From the human T2T-CHM13v2.0 reference genome, Homo sapiens: DNA of 64,000 nucleotides. The notes below the pieces were generated by a model. It did not search any database, had not been told where the DNA came from, and was given only the letters and a program-made list of their open reading frames with translations. The position numbers and the translations under genes are program-made. The stretch lies in the NCBI RefSeq assembly GCF_009914755.1, contig NC_060946.1; one strand, written 5' to 3'. Numbering within the stretch: position 1 is the stretch's first letter; the number at the start of each line of letters is the position of its first letter. This document shows, piece after piece, positions 58,201 to 64,000 of the stretch.

Positions 58201-61162
58201 TCTCAGGGTAATTAAAGGTTGCTTTAAAGATCAATGGCAGCTTTAGAATTATACCTGGAAGGAGGCGGAGAGAAGATGGGGTTTGCACATGGAGATTTAT
58301 CATTTCTAGTTTTTTCTTACCTGAAAGAACCACATTATTAATGACGATGAGGTCTCAGCCCCTCCAGGAGGCTGAGGGGTGTTCCCGTGAGGTTCCGTCT
58401 GCCAAGACTTTGGGGCAGGTGGGTGGAATCGCTTTGCTTTACTCCTGGCCACCCAGCCCTTCCCTTTGGCCTGAAAACAGAGAGCACCAGCTGCTTCCCG
58501 GGTGACGCTTCCTCCATTCTCTCCAGGAGGGTGTAGACTCCTGCTGGAGGCCCCTCACCTGTGAAGCCCCCTTGCTGTGCTTACTGGGGGTTTCAGGCCG
58601 TGGTTTTGCACCCAGCCGAGCACCTGGCGCGTGGTCGGAATGGAAGGGCTGTTTCCCGGCTGGCAGGATGTTTGTGCACCCAGTCCTGATAGACATGCTT
58701 TTCTGCATGCTTTCATTTGGAGTTCCAGCATCCTTTTGGGCCAGTCCATTGCTGTCTTGAGTCACTAGTGAACTCACACCCAGGACCCATTTAGTGAGTC
58801 CGTCAGGCCTCAACCTGCCCATTGGCTCACAGAATGGCCCGTGGCAGTGGGCTATGTCTCTGTCAAATGGGACTGATCTTGCAATGCTGCATTAGCCTTC
58901 GACAGGCTAATGGCTTCATGCAGGTTTCTCTTTCATCCTGTGTTCACTGGAAGCAGCAAATGTCATGAAATGCCAAAGTAGAGATCGTTGTCTCCGTCTT
59001 TATTGTTTCAAGACATTTTAAAGACAAAATTGGGTCAATTGAAAAGTAATCTCTGAAGTGAATTGTGCCTTTGTGTGCGGGTTGCTGCATGTGTGAAAGT
59101 GTGGGGTTTGCAGGGTCATGCGTGCTGTGAGATCAGGTTTGTGTTGCTGTGTGGGGTTTGTGTTGCTGTGTGGGGTTTGTGTGGCCATGTGGTATTAGCT
59201 CTTTGGACCATTCTTGAGCAGAAGCTCTTGGGGGCCCACATGCCTGCCTCCCATGTTCTGATGCAACACCGTGAAACAGGAAAGAGGACACCATTGACAA
59301 CGGCTGGGCACATGGCAGGTCCATGGTGGGTGCGCTTACTGCCGGATTAGGCCTCCCCGAAGAGGGGTCCTTGTGTGGGAGCGGCAGAGAGAGAAGGGGA
59401 CTCTTGGGTCAGCGGGGGAGGGCACGCCTGAGCTGAGCATTTGAATCCCTGCTGCTGCGGTGGGGGTGGGCGCTGCCCTTGTGTTTTAGCAAGAACTGCA
59501 GGGTAAATGCAGGAAGGTTGGGGATGGGGTGGTGATGTGCAGGGTTCAGAGGGAAGGGCGCCGTGGGAGCTGGGACCTGGGCTCAGCTGTGAGGAGGGAG
59601 CAGAGCTTTCCTTGTGGGAGAGCTGGGTAAGAGGACAGCAAACCCCTGAGTGAAGCAGGGCTGAGAGCCGCCTGGAGGACAGGCTGCCCACGCCAGGCCC
59701 TCGAGCCAGCCTAGGGGCGCATGTCCTGGGACGCATTGGGACCTTGCCTCTTCTTGACCTGGGCCTGGCATGGGCATGCAGGTGGAAGCTCTATGGGGAG
59801 GGGACCTGCCTGTGCCTCTGTGCACGTCATTTTCGGAGCTAACACATGCCTGGTGTGGAGTTGGCAAATCAGCTGGGCACGGGGTGCTGCCCTCTCAGCC
59901 ACAGGTGGCACCGAGGGGCATGGAGGAGGCAAGCTGGTCCCAGAGGCAGGGCTTGGGGAGTGGGCCGCAGGGCGAGGGGGACAGACGGGGGGCTTCTATC
60001 CTGGAGGAGCGTTGGGCCTTCAGGAGCAGTGAGGGGCCCGCGGGGGAAGCAGGTGATGAGTTTGGGCTCCACCGAGGTCCGCCAGTCTGAGCACAGCTGG
60101 TGTGAGGACACTGAGGCAGCAGTGCCGCAGGGCCACTGGGAGGACAGGCGGGCAGAGGCCTGGAGGGGACAGAGGACAAAGATGGGGCCTGCAGAGATTG
60201 GGCCAGGCGGGAGTGGAGACATAGAGGCTGAAGGAGCGTGGGTGGGACAAGCCCTGTAAAGGAGGGAGGGGCAGGGGCTTGCAGAGGGTGGCGGGGAGGC
60301 AGCCTTCATGCTGAGGGTGAGCACAGGGACCAGGTGTGGCCAGCACAGTGACCACACTCCTGCCCCAGGCCCATGGGGCAGCGCCCTCCAGAGACCCAGG
60401 CAAGGGGCGACATCTCTGCCCCATTGAGTCCCCGAGTCCCCAGGCTCCGGCAAGATCTGCCGCCAGCATGGCCAAATGCACCCCCCTGGGTTCCTCCTCA
60501 CACTTCAGGGAGGGCGACCGTCCCCGGAGAGCCCATGGGATTCCCAGTGTCTTCCAGAACACATTCTTTTGTTCCCCGGGGCGGGGCTTTCTCAGAAGCC
60601 GGCACAGCTAAGAGGCGTGCCCTGGAGACCTGGGGGAGCAGGGAGGCCTGACACACCCAGAGCATCTTCTGTTCCTAGTCCTCACACGGTGACACCAGCA
60701 GGTAACTTCTTTATACTTCGAAAAGCTCCCTATTAAATTATACCCCTCATTATGATAATGCAGTAGAATTGGAAGGTTCAAATCATTTCTGGGGAAAGTG
60801 GGGTTTGGGCTGCAGAGTTTAATAGCTTTCTTCCTGGAGGAAATGATGAAAGGTTGGGAAGATGAAGTGTGAGTTAAGATGAAGGAACAGGATTGTTGGG
60901 AGAGACTCTGGGGTGACTTGCAGGGATCTTTAAGTCTAAAACAAGTAATGAGATCTTTCTTTCTGTGGCTCAACTAAGGCAAGAGAAATTTGGGCCACTC
61001 TGCAAGAACTTCCCAGCATCTCTTTGATGTCCCTTGCCAAGGGCCCCCTACCGGCTGCTGTGGAGAGGGACCCGCATGCGGCAGGCCAACCCCAGCCTGA
61101 GCCCAGCTGGGGCTCCTGGAGCAGCCAACATCGGGTGTCCCAGGATGGTCAAGTACAGGTGA

Positions 61163-61570
<408 letters not shown>

Positions 61571-62374
61571 TAAGAAAGAGGGAGCCTTTTCAGGCCACCA
61601 GAAGACAGGGACGCCATGATCCCCTTCCCCTGTGGTTCCTGAGCCCTTTCCTGTAAACAGCATTGGAGGTGGCCCACGCTTCCCTCTTGTAACTGGGTGG
61701 AGGCCAGCATGCGGCCAGCAGTACGTAGGCCCCGCCGGGGCCCACAGGATCCTGTCTCTGCAGCCTGGTGGGTGGGCTGCTCTCCCCATCCACATGTCAT
61801 CTGCTCCCTGAGCGCATCTCACTCTAGCAGCTCCAGCACTGCACCGCCAGTGAGCTCAGGCCTTCCAATGAGGGCGGAGGGAGTGACCCCTGGCGCTGTC
61901 TTCTCTGGAAACAGGAGTGAGCATTAGGAAGCGGTAGGCTGGAGGCCTCAAGGACTGGCAGGGTGTCACCTGCTGGGATGGGAAGCCCAGGGACCCTGTG
62001 GTTCCAGGAAGCCATGTCAAGGGCAGAGGGTGGCCCTTTTGCCCTGCCTCTACTGGGGGCACCCAGGGAAATCCCTCCACTGACCCAGAAGGGTGGGCGG
62101 GACTGTGAGTGGGAGGAGTTCTGGAACATCTCTGAACTTCTCGTCCAGAAAGGGGAGATGGCAGCGTCTGGCTCACTGTACTTCTAGGGCTGCTGGAGGG
62201 TCAGGTGAGATGATGGACGGAGGAGAGGCTCAGAGCTACCGATTTTTCACACGCATAGGCACGGGTGCACACAATACACGCAATATCCACATACACACGT
62301 GTGCGTGCACACCCACCCACCCTCGGGGTCTCAGGAAACCAGGCAGGGGAAAAATTAATTCTGGTCTTTTTTGA

Positions 62375-62801
<427 letters not shown>

Positions 62802-63194
62802 GGATTTCTTTTGACGTGGGCCTCCTAGGCTTTCATTATTGCAGCGAGAGTCTTCATTTGAGGGGCTCTTGCCTGCACCTGTGGCCAGCTTGCTCTTCCA
62901 CTGCCGTCGGGGAAGGCGGCCCCGTTCCTGTGTGGAGAGAGAACATCCGCCTCGTCATTGTTCACTGAGAGAATGTGAGTGGCAGGCACTGAGCACTTTT
63001 CCCAGGTAGCAGGAGGAGCTGGGGCCACAGGGAGTGGGCTTCCACGCATCAGGGCTCACAGATGTGCTGCTCTTGGCGCCTGCTTTTGTGGCAAGTGCCT
63101 TATGTTGGTTCTCTTCAGGGCAAGTGGTCTTCGCCTTCTCACCTGAGCCATCCTGGCCCAGCCTTGAGGAGCCCCCTGAGGTGAGGGTTTCCGG

Positions 63195-64000
63195 CCTCTC
63201 CCACCCACCCATCCTCTCCTCCACCCCACCCGTCCTTCCCTCCACCCCACCCATCCCCCCATCCTCCCTCCACCCCACCCATCCCCCCATCCTCCCTCCA
63301 CCCCACCCATCCTCTCCTCCGCCCAACCCATCCCCCCTCCCCTCACCCATCCCCCATCCTCCCTCCACCCCACCCATCCCCCATCCTCCCTCCACCCCAC
63401 CCATCCCCCATCCTCCCTCCACCCCACCCATCCCCCATCCTCCCTCCACCCCACCCATCCCCCATCCTCCCTCCACCCCACCCATCCCCCATCCTCCCTC
63501 CACCCCACCCATCCTCCCCTCTGCCCCACCCATCCCCCCTCCCCTCACCCATCCCTCCCTCCGCCCCACCCATCCCTCCCTCCGCCCTACCCATCCTCCT
63601 CCGCCCCACCCACCCCCCCTCCGCCCCACCCATCCCCCCTCCCCTCACCCATCCCTCCCTCCGCCCCACCCATCCCTCCCTCCGCCCCACCCATCCCTCC
63701 CTCCGCCCCACCCATCCCTCCTCCCCTCACCCATCCCTCCATCCTCCCTCCACCCCACCCATCCTCCCTCCACCCCACCCATCCTCCCCTCTGCCCCACC
63801 CATCCCCCCTCCCCTCACCCATCCCTCCCTCCGCCCCACCCATCCCTCCCTCCGCCCTACCCATCCTCCTCCGCCCCACCCACCCCCCCTCCGCCCCACC
63901 CATCCCCCCTCCCCTCACCCATCCCTCCCTCCGCCCCACCCATCCCTCCCTCCGCCCCACCCATCCCTCCTCCGCCCCACCCACCACCCCTCCGCCCCAC
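63195..64000. repeat. C-rich compound minisatellite (ccccacccat core; 27-bp and about 20-bp units; 270-bp higher-order repeat), running off the window end
   Basis: cccatcccccatcctccctccacccca occurs about 6 times, followed by ccgccccacccatccctccct variants. 63491-63700 is repeated at 63761-63970. Confidence 0.97.

Noticed and set aside
62955-63987. Gly/Trp-rich ORFs
   Set aside because: These are translations of the G-rich strand of a low-complexity repeat.
63195-64000. PRDM9 motif (CCNCCNTNNCCNC) matches
   Set aside because: The degenerate motif is matched trivially by C-rich sequence, so it is not evidence of a hotspot.

Overview
Human (primate) genomic DNA that is almost entirely intronic, rich in Alu, L1 and LTR remnants and carrying several GC-rich VNTRs. 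The only well-supported coding sequence is a 96-nt, phase-0/0 internal exon on the + strand (46790-46885, SEPDGFSHFHLYVCAAFLVRWRKEILEEKDFQ), which the ORF track missed. I recognise it from memory as the C-terminal TBC (Rab-GAP) region of TBC1D22A (22q13.31), probably the penultimate exon, with more than 46 kb of intron upstream and more than 17 kb downstream. An antisense 157-aa ORF (51396-51869) matches my recollection of the cDNA-predicted protein UNQ6126/PRO20091 (LPEQ6126). Most other ORF-track entries are Alu-derived, VNTR-derived or chance frames. Four observations stand out. (1) A perfect 32-bp VNTR carries nine SRE-like GTCACCCCAC motifs next to a CCAAT box, just upstream of the antisense ORF. 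(2) A multi-template mosaic with a fold-back at about 19.2 kb looks like a fossil templated-repair scar. (3) A chimeric Alu without a TSD sits on an approximately 0.6-kb L1 deletion junction. (4) A 48/25-bp VNTR holds a 580-codon antisense ORF and about 21 AGGTCA half-sites. Repeat subfamily names come from remembered consensus sequences and old-repeat boundaries are approximate. No database search was run.
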